Shown here: positions 13,657-24,146 of the stretch, piece after piece
Layout: the number at the start of each line of letters is the position of its first letter
How positions within the stretch are numbered: position 1 is the first letter of the stretch
Assembly: GCF_963921235.1 (NCBI RefSeq)
Contig: NC_086108.1
Coordinates: forward strand, 109,804,001 to 109,868,000
DNA: 64,000 nucleotides
Reading direction: 5' to 3'
Source: Mobula hypostoma
Lineage: Eukaryota
Notes under the pieces: generated by a model
The model's input: only the letters and a program-made list of their open reading frames with translations
What the model was told of the DNA's origin: nothing
Databases searched by the model: none
Made by a program: the position numbers and the translations under genes

Positions 13657-14190
13657 CAGTACCGCACAAAAGTCTTAGGCTGATATGTATAGCTATTGTC
13701 CCTAAGACTTTTGCATCGTTCTGTATTTGTCAACATGGAGTGGAGAGTGAGTTTGTAATTCTGGTTGGAGTATGGGATGTTGGGAATGGTGAGGGTGAAG
13801 TGCCATGGGAGGGGTGTGGGACAGGTGGCAGAGGAGTGCCAGGGCAGGAGGTGGCAAGGTACAGACACACCCAGCCTTGAGACACCAGGCAAGGTCATTT
13901 GATTCCAAACAATTGGTTTGTTGATCATTACAGAATGTCTCTCTGGTGCTTCCCGCTCCCTCCCCACTCCCTTCCCCTTCTCCCAACCATGACTTCCCCT
14001 CTTCCTGCCCACCCTCAGTCCACAATAGAGACCCATATCGGAATCAGTTTTATCATCACACATATATGTCATGAAATTAGGTTTTCTTCATGGCAGCAGT
14101 ACAGTGCAATACATAAAGTTACTACAGTACTGTGCAAAAGTCTTAGGCACCCTGGCCATACAGATGCGTGCAAAACACTTGCACAGTAAC
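13657..14190. mobile_element. Tc1/mariner-type MITE-like element bounded by cagtactgtgcaaaagtcttaggcac motifs (homologous copy at 46990-47460)
   Basis: Two dispersed ~500 bp copies in the window; TA-CAGT left termini. Confidence 0.7.
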
Positions 14191-14834
14191 ATACATACTT
14201 CGATAATAAGTTTACTTTGAACAAGTCCGGTGAAACAGTCACTTTGCAGATAACCCTTGCATTAGCAGAGATTGTATAACAATAGGACTACAACAAGTGA
14301 CAGCAATGTGAAATAACTGTCAACTTCTAACCACTGGAAGGCAAATATCAATCTGGCAATTCACGGTGCAACTCACAAATGTGCAGGGGCCAAGATATTG
14401 AAATGAACTTCATCCCATTTCCTTATCCTCAGTATCTCCTTACCCCACTAAGCTCCTTGTTTTTATTAAAATATGCATGGTGATATATCTCAACACTGCT
14501 CCCAAACCAATTAAAAGCATGCATTTCAAAAGCAGACCAACTTGCTCCATTTCAGCACTCCCAGCCGTGTTCCCACGGGAAGAGGATTAATGAAATTCCA
14601 TATTTATAACATTTTCTTTACTGTGCTTCAAGCGAGCAGTCCCATCGATAAAATAACTGCATTGTGATTACAATCATCAAAATCAGCAAAGGGAAGTGCG
14701 GTGGACACACCACAAGGGAGTAACTATTGTGTAATCGTTGTAGCGTTTCCAATTGCCGCAGTTCTCAGGACTATGATAGTGATGACTGCACAGGTGGCAG
14801 GGTCACACAGTGCAGACAGCACGGTAGCATGGTG

Positions 14835-15268
14835 GTTCATGGAGCAGCAACACCTCATATACCGTCTAGGTAGTCTCCAGCCCCTTGGTATGAACATAGA
14901 ACTCTCCAACTTCCGCTAATTCCCTCCCCATCCCTTCCTCTATCCCTATTTGACCCTGCCCCCTCCCCCAGCTGCCTATCACCTCCCTCATGGTTCTGCC
15001 TCCTTCTACTACTACCCATTGTTTTCCTGCCTATGACGACCCTGCTTTCCCTCCCCCACCCCTTTGTCTTTCAAATTACTGGTCTTTCAACTGAACCTAC
15101 AAGCATTCTTCAAATCCCTCCCCCTCCTTCTTTGTTCAGTCCTGACGAAGGGTCCCGGCCCAAAACGTTGACTCATCGTTTCCATTTGTGCTGCCCAACC
15201 TGCTGAGTTCCTCCAGCGTGCTGTGAGTGTCGCTTTGATCCCAGCACCTGCAGAGTATTTTGTGTTTA
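14835..15268 (+). mobile_element. 5'-truncated Penelope-like element (GIY-YIG C-terminus, 3' UTR, degenerate hammerhead)
   Basis: MEQQHLIYRLGSLQPLGMNIELSNFR matches the end of the 24147 ORF; CTGACGA motif at ~15142 with a mutated GAAA box. Confidence 0.8.
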
Positions 15269-15344
15269 CAGCATGGTGGTTAGCACAATGCATGACAGTG
15301 CTAGCGGCCAGGGTTCAATTCCTGCCACTGCCTGTAAGGACATC

Positions 15345-15380
15345 GTCCTGATGAAGGGTCTCGGCCTGAAATGTCGACTG
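15345..15380 (+). ncRNA. Minimal hammerhead motif in a pseudo-LTR fragment inserted into a SINE
   Basis: GTC-CTGATGA-AGGGTCTCGGCCT-GAAA-TGTC-GAC(TG). Confidence 0.6.
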
Positions 15381-16819
15381 TTCACTCTTTTCCATAGATG
15401 CCGCCTGGGCTGCTGAGTTGCTCCAGAATCTTGTGTGTATTGCCTTGTATGTTCACCCCATGACTGCGTGGGTTTCCTCTGGGTGCTCCGGTTTCCTTCC
15501 ACATTCCAAAGGTAGGTTGGTTGGTCATTGTAAATTGTCTCATGATTAAATTTGGGGATTGCTGGGCAGCAGATTTTCCAGGGCCGGAAGGGCCTACTCC
15601 ACACTGGATGCCAATAAATAAATACTCTCTGGTGAAGAAGGAATGATTTGAATGAGATACACAAGTTGAGTGGTATAGGTAGGATGATCCAGGGAAGGGT
15701 AGTACCTCTGCTGAAAGGGCTTGTCGTGTCCATTCTGGGGCAGCTCCCCGCCGGACACTCATCTCTCTCCTGCGGCTCCAACTGGCAGCCACACTCCAGC
15801 ACACCACTTCGACAGGCCGGTTTAACCAGGTGAGGGTGGGCCATCGGCCGTCGGACCTCCGGCGAGATAGAGACATGCCTGTCCCAGCACGTGAGGTCAG
15901 CTCTGGCGGACAGGGCAGAGGAAAGCAATGGTGAGGTCCAACAGCCAGGAAGGTGGCACTGCAAAGCTCCGTGGAAAGCGAAGGGCATGACAAGCCACAG
16001 ACGATGTCATGGTCATCTACTGTGAACAAGGAAGACCTCGGTTTGTGATGCTTGTTTGTACCACTGGACCAGGACTTCCAAGGACAAGAGAGTGGAACCG
16101 CCCCAGTGCAATGCTTTTCCACTCTAAAAACTCTCCTGCACAGGTCTCCTGTCATCGACGAACACGATGGACAACAACAGTAGACAGGACGTCATGGTAG
16201 CGGACCAGTTAGCGTGATGTTATCCCAGCTCGGTGCCTTCTGGAATTTGGAGTTTAATTCCAGTGCCATCTGCAAGGAGTTTGTACGTTCTCCCCGTGAT
16301 CCCATGGGCTTCCTCCGAGTGCTCCGGTTTCCTCACACCTTTCAAAGGCGTACGATTAGTAGGTTAACTGCTCATTGAAAATGGTCCTGTGGTTAGACTA
16401 ATGTTAAATAAGTGTGTTGCTGATCAGCACGGCTCATTGGGTCGGGACAGCCCATTCCACACTGTAAATTCAAATCAGCACAAGCAGGCTTTTGCCACTG
16501 AGGCTGGGTGAGACGAGAACTAGAAGTCATGGGTTAAGAGTAAATGAGAAATGATTAACGGGAACATGAGGGGAAACCTCTCCACTCAGAGGGTGGCAAA
16601 AACATGGAAAATGCCACCAGCCACAAGCAGTGCATGTGAGCTCAATTACAACATTTACAAAGAAATTTGGGAAGGTACATCGAATGGAGTGTTATAGTGG
16701 GTTATGGTCCAGGTGTAGGTCAATAGGACTAGGCAGATTAATAGTTTAGCAAGGACTGGATGCTTTAAAAAGCCTGTTTCTGTGCTGTAGCACTCCATGG
16801 CTCTAACGCTATTGGCACA

Positions 16820-19089
16820 CTGATCAGGGTAATGGGATAGGAGTTGATCAGGGTAATGGGATTGGAGCTGATCAGGGTAATGGGATTGGAGCTATCAGGG
16901 GAACGGGATTGGAGCTGATCAGGGTAACGGGATTGGAGCTGATCAGGGTACTGGGAGAGGAGCTAATCAGGGTACTGGGAGAGGAGCTGATCAGGGAAAT
17001 GGGATTGGAGCTGATCAGGGAAATGGGATTGGAGCTGATCAGGGTAATGGGATTAGAGTTGATCAGGGAAATGGGATTAGAGTTGATCAGGGTAATGGGA
17101 CAGGAGCTGATCAGGGTAATGGGATTAGAGCTGATCAGGGTAATGGGATAGGAGCTGATCATGGTCCTGGGACAGGAACTGATCAGGGTAATGGGATTAG
17201 AGCTATCAGGGTAATGGGATTGGAGCTGATCAGGGTACTGGGATAGGAGCTGATCAGGGTAATGGCATTGGAGCTGATCAGGGTAATGGGATAGGAGCTG
17301 ATCAGGGTACTGGGATAGGAGCTGATCAGGGTAATGGGATAGGAGCTGATCAGGGTAATGGGATAGGAGCTGATCAGGAAACTGGGATAGGAGCTGATCA
17401 GGGTAATGGGATCGGAGCTGATCAGGGTAATGGGATTAGAGCTGATCAGGGTAATGGGATAGTAGCTGATCAGGGTAATGGGATAGTAGCTGATCAGGGT
17501 AATGGGATAGGAGCTGATCAGGGTACTGGGATTGGAGCTGATCAGGGTAATGGGATTGGAGCTGATCAGGGTAATGGGATTGGAGCTGATCAGGGTACTG
17601 GGACATGAGCTGATCGGGGTAATGGGACAAGAGCTGATCGGGGTACTGGGATAGGAGCTGATCGGGGTAATGGGATAGGAGCTGATCCGGGTAATGGGAT
17701 TGGAGCTGATCAGGGTAATGGGATTGGAGCTGATCAGGGTAATGGGATTGGAGCTGATCAGGGTACTGGGATAGGAGCTGATCAGGGTAATGGGATAGGA
17801 GCTGATCAGGGTAATGGGATAGGAGCTGATCAGGAAACTGGGATAGGAGCTGATCAGGGTAATGGGATCGGAGCTGATCAGGGTAATGGGATTAGAGCTG
17901 ATCAGGGTAATGGGATAGTAGCTGATCAGGGTAATGGGATAGTAGCTGATCAGGGTAATGGGATAGGAGCTGATCAGGGTACTGGGATTGGAGCTGATCA
18001 GGGTAATGGGATTGGAGCTGATCAGGGTAATGGGATTGGAGCTGATCAGGGTACTGGGACATGAGCTGATCGGGGTAATGGGACAAGAGCTGATCGGGGT
18101 ACTGGGATAGGAGCTGATCGGGGTAATGGGATAGGAGCTGATCCGGGTAATGGGATTGGAGCTGATCAGGGTAATGGGATTGGAGCTGATCAGGGTAATG
18201 GGACTGGAGCTGATCAGGGTAATGGGATTGGAGCTGATCAGGGTACTGGGATAGGAGCTGATCAGGGTACTGGGATAGGAGCTGATCAGGGTAATGGGAT
18301 AGGAGCTGATCAGGAAACTGGGATAGGAGCTGATCAGGGTAATGGGATTGGAGCTGATCAGGGTAATGGGATTAGAGCTGATCAGGGTAATGGGATAGGA
18401 GCTGATCAGGGTAATGGGATTGGAGCTGATCAGGGTAATGGGATAGTAGCTGATCAGGGTAATGGGATTGGAGCTGATCGGGGTACTGGGATATGAGCTG
18501 ATCAGGGTACTGGGATAGGAGCTGATCAGGGTAATGGGATAGGAGCTGATCAGGGTAATGGGATAGGAGCTGATCAGGAAACTGGGATAGGAGCTGATCA
18601 GGGTAATGGGATCGGAGCTGATCAGGGTACTGGGATTGGAGCTGATCAGGGTAATGGGATTAGATCTGATCAGGGTAATGGGACAGGAGCTGATCAGGGT
18701 AATGGGACAGGAGCTGATCAGGGTAATGGGACAGGAGCTGATCAGGAAACCGGGATAGGAGCTGATCAGGGTAATGGGACAGGAGCTGATCAGGGTAATG
18801 GGACAGGAGCTGATCAGGGTACTGGGACAGGAGCTGATCAGGGTAATGGGACAGGAGCTGATCAGGGTAATGGGACAGGAGCTGATCAGGGTACTGGGAT
18901 AGGAGCTGATCAGGGTAATGGGATTAGAGCTGATCAGGGTAATGGGATTAAAGCTGATCAGGGTAATGGGACATGAGCTGATCAGGGTAATGGGACAGGA
19001 GCTGATCAGGGTACTGGGATAGGAGCTGATCAGGGTAATGGGACAGGAGCTGATCAGGGTAATGGGACAGGAGCTGATCACGGTACTGG
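16820..19089. repeat. 24-bp minisatellite (gagctgatcagggtaatgggatag), about 94 units
   Basis: Directly visible tandem array with an internal 456-bp higher-order duplication. Confidence 0.98.
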
Positions 19090-20300
19090 TGAGGCCTCAC
19101 TTGCAGGACGGTGTTCAGTTTTGACCAGAGTGTTACAGGGAAGGTGCTAATAAGCTGGAAAGAGTGCAGAAAAGATTTAGAAGGTTGTCCATGGCTTTTG
19201 AAGACCTTAAGACCATAAGACGTAAGAGCAGGTACAGTATAGGCTATTCAGCCTATTGAGTCTGAGTTATGGGGATACACTACAACTTTATTCCTTGGAG
19301 CGTAGGAAGCTGTGAGATGATCTTATTGAGGTGTATAAAATCATGAGGGGAATAGAAAGGGTGAATGAACAGTTTTTTTTCCCATGGTTGGGCAATCAAG
19401 AACTAGAGGGCACAGTTTTAAGTGGGGGGGGGGTAATATTTAATAGGAATTTGCGGGCAACTATTTTTTTTTCACTCTTAGAGTGATACGTACTATATTT
19501 GGAATGAGCTGCCGGAGGAAGTATTTATAGCAGGTACACTAACAATATTTAAAACATGGTTGGGGAATCAAAAAAATCAAGAACGTCAGGAGGCGGGTGT
19601 GGAGTGCAGCACAGTAGCATAGTGGTTAGCACAACAGTTTACAACACTAGTGATCACCAAATGGGGTTTGATTCCCACTGCAGTCAGTATGAAGTTTGTA
19701 CGCTCTCCCCAAGTCCATGTGGGATCACCCACCCCCGGGTGCTTATGTTTCCTCCCGCATTTTAAAGACGTATAGTTAGGGTTAGATCTAATGAATTGTG
19801 GGCATGCAACATTGGCACTGGAAATTTGCCTGCAGCAGATCCTCACTGATTTAAAGTTCTATTTCAAGTTCATTACGATCTGACTGAACTTGAGGAATAG
19901 TTGGCTTACACAAAGGGTGGTGGGTATGTGGAATGAGCTACCAGAGAAGTGGTCAAAACAGGGATAATAACAATAGCTGGATAGTTTAGAAAATTGTGGT
20001 CAAATTAAGAATATCTTGGACGGGACACCTTGGTTGGCATGGTCCAGCTGGGCCGAATGGCCTGTCTTCATACTGTATAACCCTATGAATCCCCAGCTTC
20101 CTCCTCTACTCCCCTCACCACTAACCTCATCTCAGGCTTCTCGAGTGGAGGCCCAAGGGAAAGAGGAGCTGCTTCTCATGCCACACACTGATTCATCCGA
20201 TTAGAAATGGGTAAGCTTCATGCCAGCTCAACCACTCAGTACAAATACAAACACAAGAGATTCTGCAGATGCTGTAAATCCAGAACAATACACACACAAA

Positions 20301-21048
20301 CACGGGGAATTCTGCAGATGCTGGAAATCCAGAACAACAAAGTTGCTGGTGAACGCAGCAGGCCAGGCAGCATCTCTAGGAAGAGGTACAGTTGACGTTT
20401 TGGGCCGAGACCCTTCGTCAGGACTAACTGAAAGAAGACCTAGTAAGAGATTTGAGAGGGGGAGGGGGAGATCCAAAATGATAGAAGACAGGAGGGGGAG
20501 GGATGGAGCCAAGAGCTGGACAGTTGATTGGCAAAAGGGATATGAGAGGATCATGGGACAGGAGACCCAGGGAGAAGGAAAAGTGAGGAGGGTAACCCAG
20601 AGTATGGAGAAGGGGTAGCGTCTCTAGGAAGAGGTGCAGTCGATGCTTCGGGCCGAGACACACATTCATTCTCTCTATCTCCTTTTTCTCCCTCTGTCCC
20701 TCTGACTATAAATTTCCACTAATGCCCCACCTCCCCCTCGTACCCCATCCGTTATTTATTTATATACACACATTCTTTCTCTCACTCTCCTTTCTCTCCC
20801 TCTGTCCCTCTGACTATACCCCACTCCCCCTTTTCCTTCTCCCTGGACCTCCTGTCCCATGATCTTCTCATATCCCTTTTGCCAATCACCTGTCCAGCTC
20901 TTGGCTCCATCCCTCCCCCTCCTGTCTTCTCCTATCATTTTGGATCTCCCCCTCCCCCTCCAACTTTCAAATCTCTTACTAACTCTTCCTTCAGTTAGTC
21001 CTGATGAAGGGTCTCGGCCCAAAACATCGACTGTACCTCCTCCTAGAG
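20301..21048. mobile_element. Inverted two-armed Penelope 3'-end element nested in an older pseudo-LTR copy
   Basis: Arms ~20305-20600 and ~20750-21048 are reverse complements; 16-bp TSD acaatacacacacaaa at 20285-20300 and 21049-21064. Confidence 0.85.
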
Positions 21049-21113
21049 ACAATACACACACAAAGTGCTGGAGGAACTTAGCAGATCAGGCAGCATCTAG
21101 GGAAATTAATAAA

Positions 21114-21151
21114 CAGTTGACATTTCGGGCTGAGACCCTTCATCAGGACTG
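21114..21151 (-). ncRNA. Minimal hammerhead motif from an older pseudo-LTR subfamily
   Basis: CAGTC-CTGATGA-AGGGTCTCAGCCC-GAAA-TGTC-AACTG; core boxes intact, stem mismatches. Confidence 0.55.
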
Positions 21152-21494
21152 GAAAGGAAGGGAGCAAAAGCCAGAATAAGAACGAGGGGGGTGGGGTGAA
21201 GTCGGGTGGTTATTCTACTGGTATACAATGCGAATCTTTCCACGTTGGCAAACTCAGCCTTCACGGTTGTCAGCTTTCCTGGGCCCAGTCTACGCACACG
21301 GGCCAGTTGTGGAAATGCGTGCATGGCCCCACGTTTGTGGATGTAGTGGAGAATATGGGCTCAGTGAAGTTTGGGAATTCTCCCAGCAGTCGGGTAAACT
21401 CACATGTCATGCTGCATGCAATTCACAGACTTGTTTTGGGGAACCTACTTGGGAAGCAGGGTAATGATCCAAAGGCACTGACATTCACAAGCCA

Positions 21495-21740
21495 CACACA
21501 TAAAAGTTGCTGGTGAACGCAGCAGGCCAGGCAGCATCTCTAGGAAGAGGTGCAGTCGATGTTTCAGGCCGAGACCCTTCGTCAGGACTAACTTAAGGAA
21601 GAGTGAGTAGTCCTGACGAAGGGTCTCGGCCTAAAACGTCGACTGCACCTCTTCCTAGAGATGCTGCCTGGCCTGCTGCGTTCACCAGCAACTTTGATGT
21701 GTGTTGCTTGAATTCCCAGCATCTGCAGAATTCCTGTTGT
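21495..21740. mobile_element. Palindromic non-autonomous Penelope pseudo-LTR element inserted in a Gypsy remnant
   Basis: Inverted arms; 16-bp TSD tgacattcacaagcca / tgacgttcacaagcca at 21479-21494 and 21741-21756. Confidence 0.88.
21554..21589 (-). ncRNA. Minimal hammerhead motif, AUC triplet variant
   Basis: AGTC-CTGACGA-AGGGTCTCGGCCT-GAAAC-ATC-GACT; the ACGU palindrome is lost. Confidence 0.65.
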
Positions 21741-23193
21741 TGACGTTCACAAGCCAGCAGTTCTTAAGACTGACTAATAATCCATGGGCACACAGGAAAT
21801 CTGCACCAAGCAGAGGTCTAGCCACTTAGCCAGGACGAAGTTTGCCACTGAAGCAGAGTGTCACCCATCATGGGCCGTAAGTCTGGACCTTGCTGCCAGT
21901 GAGGATTCAAAGCTCTTTGCATTCTTATCGATAGGCAACGCTGGCAGCACACTCACTTAAACACCCATCTCACACAGGAAACATCGCCCTGAAAGGGTAG
22001 CCGTAATGAATAGTAGATGATCCTTTCAGCTGGGACCCACGGTGTTCACAGAGCTCTGATGTCCTGATACAATGGCACTGTCAAAGCCTCAAGGCGGTCA
22101 GCACTTCCTCGTGTCCGTACCAAAGCGAACATGGTAAAAGCATGGGCTGTTTTATAGCTGTGGGCATCCTTACGTTGGGGGTCTTGCTAAGGTAAAGAAA
22201 GGAGGAGGAATGATGCACCACTGCCTAGCTGAATGTCGATTATCAGCCACTTTAGCAAGCTCCCTGTAATCCTCACGGGTGCATTAGCAAGGGCTATGTG
22301 CACTTGATCAAGCATTTGCTGCATGAGGACTTCTTTAAAAATAAAACAAGGATGGTGCCCAAGAGAGACAGCATGTGGTCCATTAGCTCTGACAGCATAG
22401 CGTCACCGAGTCTGGGCAAGCAGACCAACAGTTTGGCATGCTCACAGTCTGATAATCCAAGCCTCTGTAAAAGTTGAGTTTTAGCAGTCGGTATTTATCG
22501 TGTTCATGTGGCTGTTCTAGTAAACTCACCGCTCTCACAGCCATGGAGTTGCTGAGCGATGACATAGAAATATTTTATGTTGTCAGTGGTGATTTCTCAA
22601 AGCACAAATTGGTCCTTGGACTGTATGAACCAAGCATTGGCATTTTGCTCCCAAAACTCCAGTAGTTTCAAAGCGACTACATTGGCCGGCATGTTTGATA
22701 ACTTTGGAATTATCCTAGAACATTGGGTTAGCATTGTTGGTTTTTGGAAATAAATGATGTGAGGCATTTTATGTTTAAGAAAATCCGTAACAACTCATTT
22801 ATTGTACACCAAACACTGAACAACAAAAAGCACGCTAATGGAACTTCACGTAATACGTCATCACGTCAGACCACCCTCTTAAAGTGAATCCCAACTCAAT
22901 GTCAGTGGATGTGAATTATGTACATTTCCACCAATTGCATTACATTACTCTGAATCGCTACCCTACAATTATGATTACTGGTTTTAATGAAAATGCACTC
23001 AGGGTTGTACTTGGTGACATGTATGTACTCTGATAATAAATTGACTTTGAACTTTGTACTGTGACTGTTACATTACATTCTGCATGCCCTTATTGCTTTT
23101 TGCCTTTGTACTACCTCAAGGTACTTATGAGATTCACCAGGATATTGACTGGAATCGAGGGCCGTAGTTATAAAGAGGGTGTATGGAGTATCC

Positions 23194-23705
23194 AGGGAGG
23201 GATAGCACCTCTGGTGGAGGGGCTTGGTATATCCATTCCAAGGCAGCTCTCTCACCTTTGGTTCCCACCAGACACTCAGCTCTCACCTGCAGCTCCAAGT
23301 AGCCGCTTGCATGAAACAGTGGCCACAGCCCGGTACACTGCTTTGAGACGTGAGCTAAACCAGGTGAGGGTAGCCAATGGCCTCATACCCGGGTGAGACA
23401 GGGACATGCCTGTTCTAGCATGTGAAAGCAGCTCTGGCGGACTGGGCAGATGAGATCAACAGTGAGATACAACGACCAGGAAGGTGGTTCTGTGATGCTC
23501 CATGGAGAGTGAAGGGCATGACAAGGCTGAGAAGTAGTCAGGGTCATCCACTGCAACCAAGGAAGACCCCACTTTGTGATGACTACCTGTACCGCCAGAT
23601 GTGGACTTCTGAGAGAGTGGAGCTGTCCCAGTCCAATGGCTTTTCCACTTTTAAAACTTTCCTGCTCAGGTCACCTGTCATTATTGGATATGACGGTCAA
23701 CCAAC
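23194..23705 (+). mobile_element. ~500 bp non-coding dispersed repeat, probably RTE-related (second copy 15691-16180)
   Basis: Two colinear copies share start (gggagggatagcacctctg / gggaagggtagtacctctg) and end (cctgtcat...caac). Family assignment is tentative. Confidence 0.6.
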
Positions 23706-23819
23706 ACTTCAATATATGAGCAAACAACAGGAATGCTGCAGATGCTGGAAATTCAAGCAACACACATCAAAGTTGCTGGTGAACGCAGCAGGCCAGGCAG
23801 CATCTATAGGAAGAGGCGC

Positions 23820-23855
23820 AGTCGACGTTTCAGGCCGAGACCCTTCGTCAGGACT
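23820..23855 (-). ncRNA. Minimal type I hammerhead ribozyme motif in the 3' pseudo-LTR
   Basis: Minus strand reads AGTC-CTGACGA-A-GGGTC TC GGCCT-GAAAC-GTC-GACT: stem I AGUC/GACU, CUGANGA core, stem II, GAAA, palindromic ACGU in place of stem III, GUC cleavage triplet. Confidence 0.85.
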
Positions 23856-24146
23856 AACTGAAGGAAGAGTGAGTAAGGGATTTGAAAGCTGGAGGGGGAG
23901 GGGGAGATGCAAAATGATAGGAGAAGACAGGAGGGGGAGGGATGGAGCCGAGAGCTGGACAGGTGATAGGCAAAAGGGGATACGAGAGGATCATGGGACA
24001 GGAGGTCCGGGAAGAAAGACAAGGGGGGGGCCCAGAAAATGGGCAAGAGCTATATTCAGAGGGACAGAGGGAGAAAAAGGAGAGTGAGAGAAAGAATGTG
24101 TGTATAAAAATAAGTAACAGATGGGGTACAAGGGGGAGGTGGGGCC

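Larger units (their letters stand above)
21210..22967 (-). mobile_element. Decayed Ty3/Gypsy element: putative 5' LTR (22758-22967), gag, protease region, start of RT
   Basis: Minus-strand translations VALKLLEFWEQNANAWF (gag N-terminus, ~22700), CFYHVRFG (knuckle, ~22130), PLLGADFL (~21810), RRLGPGKLTTVKAEFANVER (~21260). TGT...ACA segment with AATAAA. Confidence 0.8.

Noticed and set aside
17183..19081. 632-aa ORF of ISSxPITL repeats
   Set aside because: Artefact of a 24-bp tandem unit lacking stops in one frame; no splice or homology support.
16820..19089. CRISPR-like array
   Set aside because: Contiguous tandem units with no unique spacers; eukaryotic context and no cas genes.
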